A stretch of 62,315 nt of DNA, counting the filler, from Pirum gemmata (Eukaryota), in NCBI GenBank assembly GCA_002812295.1. It is 16 parts of 16 records of this genome, joined end to end, with 100 filler letters (N's around TTAATTAATTAA, not from the genome) between each part and the next. Parts side by side here need not be neighbours in the genome. Positions count along the whole stretch, not along the records: positions 1 to 3,750 come from PDIN01001884.1; positions 3,851 to 7,663 come from PDIN01001885.1; positions 7,764 to 11,580 come from PDIN01001886.1; positions 11,681 to 15,478 come from PDIN01001887.1; 12 more parts are not named here. One strand, given 5' to 3'. How positions within the stretch are numbered: position 1 is the first letter of the stretch; each line of letters starts with the position of its first letter. Below are positions 1 to 11,826 of the stretch, in pieces. The position numbers were made by a program, and so were the translations under genes. Under the pieces are notes generated by a model. The model was not told the origin of the DNA. It searched no databases and saw only the letters and a list, made by a program, of their open reading frames with translations.

Positions 1-2
1 AT

Positions 3-1112
3 ACTTTTTACCTTGGACAAAATAGCGAAAACGATTGGGTGAGAAAGAGCGAAACTGTTCAAACGGATATTTGGGAAGGTTACATGTTTGTAAAGAATAC
101 TGAAAATGATTTGGCCATTTTTACTTTGAAAGAGAGTCTGGGTGAAAACCACACTTATTTAAGAATCACTGATGAGGTATTAATAATGATGATGATGATA
201 ATAAATTGTTATTAATAGGGAATAAGATCAGTGTTAGGGTTAGGTTTAGGTTTAGGTTTAGGTTTAGGTTTAGGTTTAGGTTTAGGTTTAGGTTTAGGTT
301 TAGGTTTAGGTTTAGGTTTAGGTTTAGGTTTAGGTTTAGGTTTAGGNGTTTAGGTTTAGGTTTAGGTTTAGGTTTAGGTTTAGGTTTAGGTTTAGGTTTA
401 GGTTTAGGTTTAGGCTTAGGTTTAGGTTTAGGTTTAGATTTAGGTTTAGGTTTAGATTTAGGTTTAGGTTTAGGTTTAGGTTTAGGTTTCGATCAATTTC
501 ATTTTCTATTGTATATTGCATTATTATTACTATAAAAACTTCTTCCAATTAATTATTAATGCATATATACAATTATTTAATCAGGAGGAAGACAACTTTG
601 ATGAATTTGATAATATAATTATAGCTGGTTATCCTGGTGATCTTGGTTTTTATTTCCCGTATTATGATACATGTACAACAAATAATGAACATATACAAAG
701 TCTTTTGTTTTATGATTGTGATACTAACCACGGGCAATCAGGATCTGCTATAATTCATTTCACTTCAGAAACGGATTACAAAATAGTAGGCGTACACCAT
801 GGCCAAGCAACAATTCAAAAGAATTCAGGGGTAAGATTGACCAAACAAAAAAGGGGGTGGCTGAACAACATAATCAATCCAGACAATAATACTAAGAATA
901 ATAATTATAATAATAATGATAGATTAAGATCGGATTATCAAATACCCAATAATAATCCTTCAGAAAATATTTCCGTATTTGGTTATGATAACATGATGAA
1001 TAATTTAGCCGGATTAGTAGTTTTTTTAATTATATTTGCTTTGTGCGCAATATTCATTAACTCGCACTCTAAATTAAAACGAAAACGAAATGAATATGAA
1101 TCACTTAATTAA
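3..1112 (+). CDS. Trypsin-fold (V8/glutamyl-endopeptidase-like) serine protease with C-terminal transmembrane helix; 5'-truncated; exons 3-176 and 585-1112
   Basis: Exon 1 reads ...ENDLAIFTLKESLG... (catalytic-Asp motif). Phase-0 intron GT177..CAG584. Exon 2 has IAGYPGD, YDCDTNHGQSGSAI (catalytic Ser) and IVGVH, then hydrophobic LAGLVVFLIIFALCAIFI followed by basic KLKRKR. The His motif lies before the window start. Confidence 0.85.
232..488 (+). repeat. (TTTAGG)n telomere-variant hexamer array inside the protease intron
   Basis: Direct reading of the repeat; single N at 347. Confidence 0.95.
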
Positions 1113-1460
1113 TTTAACCGGTCTCAGAAAGAGCAAAAGGGTCTACGATCAATAAGAATGTAAAGGTAATATTGACTAAACAAAAAAAGAAAGAGAATAT
1201 AATTATAAACTTAATTAATTTAACGGGTCTTAGAAAGAGCAAAAGGGTCTACGATCAATAAGAATGTTAAGGTAAGATTGACAAAAGAAAAAAAAGGAAG
1301 AGAATATAATTGCAAACTTACTAATTTAACGGGTCTACGATCAATAACAAAAGATTGACTAAACAAAAAAAAAAAAGGAAGAGAATATAAACTTAATCAA
1401 TTTAACGGGTCTCAGAAAGAGCAAAAGGCGATCAATAAGAATGTAAAGTTAAGAGTGACT
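1110..1460. repeat. Imperfect tandem repeat, about 4 copies of a 80-105 bp unit
   Basis: Recurring aatttaac(c/g)ggtct...cgatcaataagaatgt...gagaatataa immediately after the protease stop codon. Confidence 0.85.
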
Positions 1461-1826
1461 TCGCACACGTAAAAAGGAATAAAGTAAAATTGCATGAAGT
1501 CATTGATAATCTTTTGGATAGTCAAGCTATGGGCATGAAAAAAACGGTACACATTTATGGCATGACTTGCCCTTAACTTATCTTAATGATGACTGTAAAC
1601 AGGTAACGTTAATACACAGTCTGGGAGATGTGGGAAAATCATGGAATCGAGACTAGTTTGAATCTTTTGAAATTTTTCGATCTAATTTTGAAAATTATTA
1701 AAATTTCCTAGAAAAAACTTGAAATTCGAAAAAGAAAAAGGACATTTCAAAAATCCCACTATTTTTTTAATAATGAGCTGTTTGATTCGATTATGTTTTC
1801 CCGTATCTTCCTATATGTACTTTGTG

Positions 1827-1944
1827 TATTGGTATCAGAATTTTCCAAAATTTGGTATATTCCCATCGATTCTAAAAGTTTTTATTGGTATCAGAATTTT
1901 CCAAAATTTGGTATATTCCCATCGATTCTAAAAGTTTTTATTGG
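1827..1944. repeat. Perfect 56-bp tandem duplication
   Basis: tattggtatcagaattttccaaaatttggtatattcccatcgattctaaaagtttt starts at 1827 and again at 1883. Confidence 0.9.
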
Positions 1945-2132
1945 CTCATATTTTCACATTAAAAAAAAATTCGAAAAAAAAAAATGAAAAAATGAAGCTC
2001 GAGTCATATTTAGTCGAACAGTTTGAAATAAAAAATAGTCGAAAAAATTGTTAAATAGCTTAAATGATTTAACAATATATAGTTTTCCAAAAAAATAAAA
2101 AAAAATTAGGTTTTTTGTTCTTTTTTTTTTTT

Positions 2133-2290
2133 ATCATAAATCATAAATCATAAAACATAAACTATAAATCATAAATCATAAATCATAAATCATAAATCAT
2201 AAATCATAAATCATAAATCATAAATCATAAAACGTAAAACATAAAACGTAAATCATAAAAATCATAAATCATAAATCATAAATCATAAAT
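2133..2290. repeat. (ATCATAA)n heptamer satellite
   Basis: Direct reading. Confidence 0.9.
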
Positions 2291-2398
2291 ATAATAAACT
2301 TTAAATTCTAAAAGAAAAAAAAAATCATAAAAGGGAATTATCAAATAAATTCACAAATATTTCAGATAGCAAAAGTGTAACAACACTTTGCTGAAATT

Positions 2399-3704
2399 TT
2401 ATTCTTTCGGAACTGTTATATTTTCCGCTCCCAAAAGTAAACGCTGATTTAAAATTTCAACCATAGGAGAGTAAACATGCTCCTCTGATGGGCCTAAAGC
2501 GAGTTTAACGCCACCCACAATCGATTTCATAATCGAAAATGCAATCAAAGGACCTGTAAATAGGGCAGCAGACGGTATTAAACCTATTTTGGTTAAGAGA
2601 AAGAATAATAAATATAATCATTAATTAAGTATACTACTACTAATATTACTAAAAAGAAAATGATAATAAAAAATGGGTGGGTTGGGTAGGTAAAAATAAA
2701 AATGGTAATGGTAGTAACCACATAAAACGCATATATATACCTATATGTGGGCTTTTCGGCAAATTTTATATAACAAACCGGAAACAAACGCAAACGAATA
2801 TCCCACCCCCAACTCGAATCCTGATCCCAACCCTAACCCTAACCCTAACCCTAACCCTAACCCTAACCCTAACCCTAACCCTAACCCTAACCCTAACCCT
2901 AACCCTAACCCTAACCCTAACCCTAACCCTAACCTGACCCTAACCTTTTAACTAAAGCACTAAATTTTTCTCATTTCCTAATCTTAACTACCCTAATACT
3001 AACTCTTTACCTCAACGAAATAAACACAAACAAAAAGCACACTTAACAATATATATTAACGAAATACAAACAGCAGCTTTTAATTGAAGCGTTGATTTTT
3101 TGGAATTCTCCAATCCTAACCCTAATCCTAACCTCAACGCCAACGCCAACCTCAACACCAACCCCAACCATATCAACAAACAAACAAAGAAAAAGAAAAC
3201 TTAGCAGTGCATATTAAGTTTTCCTTAACTTAACCCCAACTTAACCTTAACCTTAACCTTAACCCCAACCTTAACCTTAACCTCAACCCCAACCTTAACC
3301 CTACCAAACAAACAAGCCACACGCTTAGCAATACATATTAACAATATTACTACTAACCAACTGCAGCTGTTAATTGAATAGTTAAAATTTTCGCATTGGT
3401 CTCCGAAAATCCGGCTTGCCCCAAAACAAGTCGTGTCCCATATCGCGCAACTTCGCCATTTTTAATAGCCGCATTGCGCATAATTGTTTTTTCAAGCTCA
3501 CTAATTTCCGCAGGATCTTCGATACTTATATCATTAAAATTATCAGTAGAATCATTACTTATATTTTTTTTGTCTTGAATTATTGTATTTTTGCTTGCTT
3601 TATTAAGCTCTATGATTTTTTGTAATCCAAACTCTTCCATATCTAAAGTAGTCGTTGAGGTGGGGTTTGGAATATGTTCTCCTTTAAATAATGATAAGTA
3701 CAAT
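2399..3704 (-). CDS. Hypothetical protein, 3' exons 3704-3358 and 2583-2399 (possible 48-nt micro-exon 3115-3068); 5'-truncated by the contig end
   Basis: Acceptor TAG before 3704. Donor G|GTTAGT at 3357 and acceptor TAG|GT at 2583 are phase-compatible, giving ...IQLTAAVG-LIPSAALFTGPLIAFSIMKSIVGGVKLALGPSEEHVYSPMVEILNQRLLLGAENITVPKE* (TAA at 2399-2401). Confidence 0.7.
2826..2946. repeat. Interstitial (CCCTAA)n array within an intron
   Basis: Direct reading; further degenerate copies at about 3115-3170 and 3225-3303. Confidence 0.95.
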
Positions 3705-3750
3705 CTATAGTATATAATAATAAATAAATAAATAAATAAATAAAATAATA

Positions 3751-3850
3751 NNNNNNNNNNNNNNNNNNNNNNNNNNNNNNNNNNNNNNNNNNNNTTAATT
3801 AATTAANNNNNNNNNNNNNNNNNNNNNNNNNNNNNNNNNNNNNNNNNNNN
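3751..3850. other. Artificial contig spacer N44-TTAATTAATTAA-N44, first of 15. Others start at 7664, 11581, 15479, 19412, 23316, 27200, 31089, 35004, 38908, 42783, 46713, 50597, 54479 and 58406
   Basis: Identical 100-bp structure with a palindromic six-frame stop linker. The complete intervening contigs are all 3775-3833 bp. Confidence 0.98.
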
Positions 3851-4088
3851 ATAATAATAATAATAATAATAATAATATAATAATGATAATAATATAAGAC
3901 ATAATATAACAATATCAAAAACACCACCATAATACACCACAAAGAAATGGTAAGAAAGAAAGAGAAAACTTAACTATTAATAACAGTTCCTAACCCTACC
4001 TCGAGCCCTAGCTAGCTAACCGTAACCCAGAATACTGCGGAACCCTAACCTAACCCTTAAAACTCCCTAATTTATAACCCTGGTTTAT

Positions 4089-4287
4089 AACCCTAACCCT
4101 AATCCTAACCTTAACCTTAACCTTATCCCTAACCCTAACCCTAACCCTAACCCTAACCCTAACCCTAACCTTAACCCTAACCTTAATCTAAACCTTTTAA
4201 CCCTAACCCTAACCCTAACCCTAACCCTAACCCTAACCCTAACCCTAACCCTAACCCTAACCCTAACCCTAACCCTAACCCTAACCC
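4089..4287. repeat. Interstitial (CCCTAA)n array
   Basis: Direct reading. Confidence 0.95.
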
Positions 4288-4354
4288 TCCTCCTAAACCT
4301 GATCCTAACAACCCTTTACCATTTTATAATTAAAACTACTCTTTAGGTTAGAGA

Positions 4355-4469
4355 GTTCAAATAATACGTCACGTCAAGAGGTGGGTAGGAAGTCGGTATT
4401 TGACCGGAAATTAACGTCAAGGGGTAGGTAGGTAAGGGTATTTAAAGCTGTATTTGACCATAAATTGGC
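4355..4469. repeat. Dispersed repeat family A (about 110 bp); other copies at 11163-11264 (inverted), 20715-20801 and 31776-31887
   Basis: Shared gttcaaataatacgtcacgtcaaggggtaggtaggtaggtggtatttgaccggaaattaacgtc..., with an internal direct duplication. Confidence 0.85.
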
Positions 4470-4985
4470 GATAATATAGTAACTATGATATCGAGATACT
4501 TCACGATACAATAATTTTGTATATAGTAATAATTTCTCTAAATAAAGTAATACTATATAACAAATATTATAATATTATTTTTTATTATTTTACAATGGTA
4601 AAGAACTAAATATTTACCTTATATAATAAATAGTATCAAATTAATAAAATTAAATCCATTTAATTTAATTTGGTATATTTTATTATGTATGTATTGATTT
4701 AAAAATGTCAACTTAAAAATTATAACCCTCCAAATAAATATTCAGAGCGACAAAACAAATGAAAAGCATGAACGATTTTGTTTTTTTTTTCTTCTCTAGC
4801 TAGCTAGCTACTAGCTAGCTAGTTAGCAATTCTACTCAAACCCGAAAACTCGAATTTCTGCTATCAAAAAAAAGCCAAAATCCAGCTACGTTCGAAAGAT
4901 ATTTTTTTTTTCCGTATTTTTCGGATTTATTAATAAATAAATATATTTGAATACTCAATTGTAAGCTTGAACATTTCGAACTTAT

Positions 4986-5025
<40 letters not shown>

Positions 5026-5594
5026 TGTTGTTGAACAAAAAATAAACTTTCTTAAAATTCTTTTTTTAGTCTTTTTTGCTTTTTATAGTTTCCTGCGTGT
5101 TTCCAGCTGTGCTGCCTGTGCATATTTCTATTTTTGAATTCTAAAAAAAAAAATAAAAAAAAAATAATAATAATAATAATAAAAAGTGTGCGAAAAAAAA
5201 ACAAAAAAACTATTTTGAAAATTATTTCAAATTATGTATTAACCAATTATTTTACTTTATGATGGAAAGAAGTTTTTTTTTTTGAAAATAAGTTTTTTTT
5301 TTTACTGAAAATAAATATATATTTTTTTCACACCACTTCCGGATAAAAATTTGCTACATCCGCCCAATGATCCGCCATATAAGCTCAAAAAACCAAAAAA
5401 ATCTTAAAATACTCCAATTTAAAAAAAAGTACTACCAAAATTTGATTAATACTTTTAAACAAAATAAAACTCTATTCTGAGCCAATTACTAGTTTTTAAA
5501 AATTATTTGGCTAGTTAATATTAAAGACTTTTTTAGAAAAGAAGTAAAAAAAAATAAATAATTTCTACAGTGTCATCCGATCATCCGACTTGGC

Positions 5595-5657
<63 letters not shown>

Positions 5658-5867
5658 TGATTAGAATCTACCACTAGTATGCATAGATAGATAATAGATG
5701 GGTGCTGATTTAGATTCTAGGGCCAAAAACGGTGAAACGAACCATTCAAACGGTGAAACTAAGAACAGCTGAACAGACAGCTGAACAGTTGTTCAACAGC
5801 CTTCAATTAGTAAAATGACGTCATCTCATCCCTCCTATGATGATTATGATGATCTGTATCATGTGAT

Positions 5868-5925
5868 ATTAGGGTTAAGGTTAGGGTTAGGGTTCAGGGT
5901 TAGGGTTAGGGTTTAGGGTTTAGGG

Positions 5926-5985
<60 letters not shown>

Positions 5986-6000
5986 GGTTTAGGGTTAGTG

Positions 6001-6033
<33 letters not shown>

Positions 6034-6053
6034 TAGGGTTTAGAGTTAGGGTT
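5868..6053. repeat. Mixed (TTAGGG)/(TTTAGGG) array inside the foldback element
   Basis: Direct reading. Confidence 0.95.
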
Positions 6054-7057
6054 ATTTTCTTACTTTAGCATTGCATTTTTGTTGATTTTTGTTGATCCCA
6101 TAGAAGTAAATTTGGCATTTTTCTACAGATTATAAAGATAGTTATAAAGATCCATTTTTTCATCAATTTTACTTAATTTTTTGTTATTGATAATATGATA
6201 TTATTAATTATTAAGACATCCAGTTTTCGTTCATGTATTGTGTTTATTAATTAATCTTTACATTTCTTTATAAAATATTAAAATTATCAGTTTGGTATGT
6301 TTTCTATTATAATAATATCGTCTGTTTCATCATAGTTGTTGCCCTGCCAATCTTTAATTTGGTACTGTTTAAGTGTATAATTGAAGTTGTTTATAAACTA
6401 CAACATTAAGTATATAAAATACCTAATTAACTAAAACATGTCTGATAGTTTAACCATAATAATAATAATTCAGTAATTTTATTTCAAATTTCATTTCTAT
6501 TATTGCACAATATGCATTACTGTGCTTTACTCGAATACCTCTCAAATACACATTTAACTAACCGTTAGGATTATTATAGACATGTTTTAATTAATTTGGT
6601 ACTTTATACTTAATGATGTTGCATTTTATAAACACTTAAACAGTACAAAATTGTTATATATTTGATAAATATATATCGATTATTTAGATTATTGATGAAA
6701 GAATCAAATAATATCAATTAATGACAAGATTTGTTTTATATTATTTATGATTGTTATTAGAAAAATCAGTTAATATCAATTATAAATATTATTTAATTAA
6801 TATAAAATAAATCTTATTATTAAATAATATTAATTGATATAAAATAAATCTTATTATTAAATAATATTAAAATTGATATTAAAATCATAAATAATATAAA
6901 ACAAATCTTGTCATTAATTGATATTATTTGATTCTTTCATCATTAATTTTAAAAAATAAAGTTACAATTACTGAATTATTATTTTTATTGGTATTTGGTT
7001 TTGTGACAACTTTACAACATTTTCATTATTATTATTGCATAATAACTTAAACAATCA

Positions 7058-7155
7058 AAAATAGTAATTAATTTGTCAAAAATAGTAACTAATTTGTCAA
7101 AAATAGTAACTAATTTGTCAAAAATAGTAATTAATTTGTCAAAACTAGTAATTAA
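7058..7155. repeat. 20-bp minisatellite (aaaatagtaa(t/c)taatttgtc), 4-5 copies
   Basis: Direct reading. Confidence 0.9.
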
Positions 7156-8305
7156 GTTATCCAATATAATAATACTTTTTAGGAGAAAATTAATTACTAT
7201 TTTTGATTTATTTCAAGTTATTATCCAATAATAATAATCTTGTAAAGTTACATATTTAGAAAAATAATAGAAAAAAAACTTATACAATAATATTTTTCAC
7301 ATACAGTTCCACAGTGCCTGTATCCGGTTTTCCATTTTTCAGGTCACCTGGTAATTTAGTCTATATAAAGTGTTTATTTTACCAAATATAATTAATATTT
7401 GCTATATTTAGATAAATTGTTCTTCTCTAATGGTAATTGTTGAATTATTGTTCCGCTACTAACGGTATGATAAACCCTTTTAAAGTAATAAGTATGAACC
7501 CATCACAATAATATGATAGACTGTTGAACAACTGTTCAGCTGTTCTTAGTTTCACCGTTTGAATGGTTCGTTTCACCTTTTTTGGCCCTAGAATCTAAAT
7601 CAGCACCCATCTATTATCTATCTATGCATACTAGTGGTAGATTCTAATCAAAAATCTGTTGTANNNNNNNNNNNNNNNNNNNNNNNNNNNNNNNNNNNNN
7701 NNNNNNNTTAATTAATTAANNNNNNNNNNNNNNNNNNNNNNNNNNNNNNNNNNNNNNNNNNNNATTATTATTATTATTATTATTATTATTTATTGTTATT
7801 ATTGCTGTTGTTATTATTGTTGTTGGTGTTTACTGTTATAGCCGATATTATTGTTGTAGTAGTTTATTGATCGTGGTAATTAGTGTTATTATTTAATAAA
7901 CTAAACTAAAAACAAAATATAAAACAAAACAAAAGGTTTCTCACAAAATACGCTGGGGAGGTGACGAAATTTTAATCGATGAAAATGCTGTTCAACTTCC
8001 ATACAAAGACTTGATGAAAGGTGGACTTTTGGAATTTTTATAACATAAAAAGAAATGTTTAAATTATATTAGCCCTTTTTATATAAACTGTTATTAAAGT
8101 AACTAAAAATTAGCCCTCGATGAGGTACGCGAGCACGTTATGCATAAGAGAGTCCGGTTTCGAACTGGGAAAAATGCAATATTAGTGATAATCTAGTATT
8201 ATAGTGATACAGTATTAATTAAAGCGTGCATAAAAAGATACCTTTTAGTCCAATTACTACATCACTTTCTATCACATTAGCTACATGTTAACACAAAGTG
8301 CCAAA

Positions 8306-8392
8306 GCCTGCCAAATTATCTATGCCTACCAGATTATCTATGCCTGCCAGATTATCTATGCCTGCCAGATTATCTAAGCCTGCCAGATTATT
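8306..8392. repeat. 18-bp minisatellite (cctgccagattatctatg), about 5 copies
   Basis: Direct reading; explains the spurious MPARLS ORF. Confidence 0.9.
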
Positions 8393-9614
8393 ATTTAAAA
8401 CTTTGAATGGTAGTATAAATCCCTTATCTGTTCCTACCAGAATATTATTTAATACTTCGATTGGTAGTATACAGTTTATATTGAATTAGTAAATAATAAT
8501 TAATTAATTAAGCAAACTTACTCTTTTTTGTCTAAATAACATTGTTTAGTGCGGGCCTGGTCATGGTAAATCAAAGTATTACCACAACAATGTGGTCCGT
8601 TATGTAATCTACATTTTTTAGTAAGTAGGGTGCTCACATTTTAACACGCTGGATACAGTCTGGATACAGTCTGGATACAGTCTGGAATCTGAATATCTAC
8701 ATAAGGAATCTACAGTCCTTTTAACAAGGTTTATTAGGATTTAAATTAAAAGCATATGGTTCATTGGTTCATAATAGAGTTTTCTTAGCTAGACGATTTG
8801 TTAGGTCTATCATATCGATAGTACTTTCATTTTAAAAAATGGGAGCATTTTGAGATTTATGGATGTTGCAATTTTTATCCAGCTTGGCTGTTAAAAAAAT
8901 GAAATTATTTTTTAATTAAAAACTAAAAAATTTAATTATTAGACTGTATCATAGCTTGCTTGTATCATACGGTATCGATATAACTACGTAAACAGGTATC
9001 ATAAATAGTCTAATAAATAAAAAGCTATTGTAGCAACTAGACCCAGCGAGTTACCGTGCTTTTCAAATATCATATTTACTTTGTCACTCTGAATATTTAT
9101 TCGGAGGGTTATAATATTTAAATAGACATAAACAACTGAAAAACACACTAGACTAGCTAGACTAGCTAGACTGGGGTCAGAGACTGGGGTTATAGTCTAG
9201 TCCTAGCTAGAGACCGGGACCAGTTGATATGATAGTTCTAAAGAAGACTGTTATGTCATAGAAGCTAGACTCTATTATTATACTATAGTGCTTTTCATAA
9301 AATATATAATAAATAGTACCTAATTACTACAATATATATCCATTTTATTTAATTTGGTATATTTTATTATCTATGTATTGATTTATAAATGCCAATTTAA
9401 AGATTATAACCCTCCAAATAAATATTAAGAGTGACAAACTAAATGAAAAGCACGATACATACTCAGGATACATACTACTGAATACTGAATGATAACTAGC
9501 TAGCTCTAGCTAGTAGCTACGCAGCTAGTAGTAGCTTGAAATAATTACTTGATGAGACGGTGAAACCAACTAGTAGGTGAAACCACTGTGAAACGGTTCG
9601 TGAAACCTAGCTAG

Positions 9615-9850
9615 CCTAACCCTAACCCTAACCCTAACCCTAACCCTAACCCTAACCTTAACCCTAACCCTAACCCTAACCTTAACCCTAACCCTAACCC
9701 TAACCCTAACCCTAACCCTANNNNNNNNNNNNNNNNNNNNNAACCCTAACCCTAACCCTAACCCTAACCCTAACCCTAACCCTAACCCTAACCCTAACCC
9801 TAACCCTAACCCTAACCCTAACCCTAACCTGTTACCCTAACCCTAACCCT
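9615..9850. repeat. Interstitial (CCCTAA)n array with a 20-N gap
   Basis: Direct reading. Confidence 0.95.
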
Positions 9851-9885
9851 GGGTGATACCTTAGACTAATATAGACTATATAGAC

Positions 9886-10071
9886 TATCGTGCTTTTCAG
9901 TTGTTTTGACATCATAAAATATACAAAAAAGAGTACCAAATTAATACAATATAAATCCATTTCCTTTAATTTGGTATATTTTATTATCTATTTATTCATT
10001 TAAAAAAGTCAATTTAAATATCATAGCCAACCAAATAAATATTTGGAGTGACAAAATAAATGAAAATCACA
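9886..10071. mobile_element. MITE family C (about 180 bp; TA-TCGTGCTTTTCA...TGAAAAGCACGA-TA). Other full or partial copies near 4620-4770, 9055-9147, 9288-9456, 21745-21911, 53324-53527 and 56638-56815
   Basis: Terminal inverted repeat is clearest at 56638-56815 (tatcgtgcttttcattt / aaatgaaaagcacaata). Internal sequence is shared among copies. TA flanks suggest the Tc1/mariner superfamily. Confidence 0.75.
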
Positions 10072-10073
10072 AG

Positions 10074-10282
10074 TAGGGGTGAGATGACGTCATTTTATTA
10101 TTACCGAACAGCTGCCGGAACTTTTCCGATTTTTATTAATATTATTACTTTAATTGGTATCTACTATAATTAGATATACTATTTTTAGCTATTTAACTGC
10201 TATTGTTAGTAAGGAACACGGAACTAAGGTTGGCTCGATAAGCATCTGTTCGAAAAAAGTTCCAGTAGATATCTCACCCCTA
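10074..10282. mobile_element. TA-flanked MITE with GGGGTGAGAT...ATCTCACCCC termini; near-identical left end at 62231-62292 and related ends near 5812-5836 and 27315-27340
   Basis: TA|ggggtgagat at 10074 and atctcacccc|TA at 10271-10282. Confidence 0.75.
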
Positions 10283-11826
10283 CTAAATCACACTAGGAAA
10301 AGATATATTATAATATTATTATAACATAATATAGCGTAGTTAGTTCAAAGGAGGGAAGGTAGGTGATAACGTCACTAGGTGGAATTGCGTGAATTGCGTG
10401 AACCCTTCGATCCGAACATTCAACTCGATACCATTAGAAAAGAGAAACCGGATCTTCTTCAATAAAGACACATTATATTATTATAGACTATACTATCGAT
10501 AATAATTTATAAAGGTCTGCCCCATGATCCACACCATCGGGTTTGTGCAGTTTGCACCCCCCAGTAGACTCAAAACTGACCAGTGGGACGGACATACACC
10601 CGGTGGTGAATACTATGATAACACTCTACTAACTATCACAGACTCTATCAATACTATCGATATCATACTACTGCGATATCATACTACTAGACAATATCGA
10701 TAGTAGCTTAGTATCGGATACATATAGCTAGCTAGGTTTAATACATGCTCCAGCAGAAGATAGCAGAAGGCTGTCATCAGCAGCTGGTCATCAGAGAGAT
10801 AGTTTACGATAGTCAGATCATAGTCTACCAAATAAATTTATAAAGCGAAGGAACAATAACAAAAAAGGGAGACACAGACACTCCGAGACAGACTCTCGGG
10901 AGACTGCTACAATAGTTAAAAAAACACTATATAGCTTTTCTGGATCTTTTTTTAAAAAAGTAATCTTCCTCTCTAGCTAGCTAGTAGTAGTAGAGACTGA
11001 GAGCTAGCTAGCTACTAGCTAGCTACAGTAGTAGTTACCACTACTAGTAGCTATCATAATTAAGTATAATTATCTACTTACTATCAGGCCTTTACTATCA
11101 TACTATCATACTAACTAAGGCTATCAGACTGAAGGGCTATCAGATACTACTACCTACTAGGGAGCCAATTTCCAGTCAAATACAGCTTCAAATACCCCTA
11201 CCTACCTACCCCTCGACGTTAATTTCCGGTCAAATACCACCTACCTACCTACCTCTTGACGTGGCTAGCTACAGTAGTAGTTACCACTACTAGTAGCTAG
11301 TTAGCTACTTACTATCATATCATACTATCATAGATACTAAGGCTATCGAACTGAAGGGCTATCAGATACTACTTACTACCTATACACTACTAGTATGATA
11401 TATGTTATCATCGGATATCAGGTGGTGCCTATGTGTATCATAGCTACCAGCTAGCCATCACTAGCTAGAGTGGTCCTAGCTAGACTAGCTAGAGTAGGCT
11501 TTTTGCACTTTTTCAAGGACTTCAAAAAATGAAGTCCTTGACTTTTTGCATAATAATAATAACAAAATAATAATAATAATNNNNNNNNNNNNNNNNNNNN
11601 NNNNNNNNNNNNNNNNNNNNNNNNTTAATTAATTAANNNNNNNNNNNNNNNNNNNNNNNNNNNNNNNNNNNNNNNNNNNNAAATGAATAAATGAATAAAT
11701 GAATAAATGAATAAATTTGTTTTTCCCTGTTTTTCCTTGAAGATTTCACGGCTTTTTGAAGATTTCTTCAAAAAACTGGGTCAACAAGCTTAGTTAGGTA
11801 TCATAGCAGCTACTGATACTACTACA

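Larger units (their letters stand above)
5653..7655. mobile_element. Non-autonomous foldback/DNA element of about 2 kb with about 140-bp terminal inverted repeats
   Basis: 5653-5799 (tttttgattagaatctaccactagtatgc...gttgttcaacag) is the near-perfect reverse complement of 7521-7655. No long ORF inside. Confidence 0.8.

Noticed and set aside
206..548. RF/LG/NL dipeptide-repeat ORFs
   Set aside because: They are translations of the intronic TTTAGG array.
4089..6053. (CCCTAA)n ... (TTAGGG)n arrangement as a telomere-capped nanochromosome
   Set aside because: Both arrays are internal with ordinary sequence outside them, the interval holds only MITE-like repeats, and the right array lies within a foldback element.
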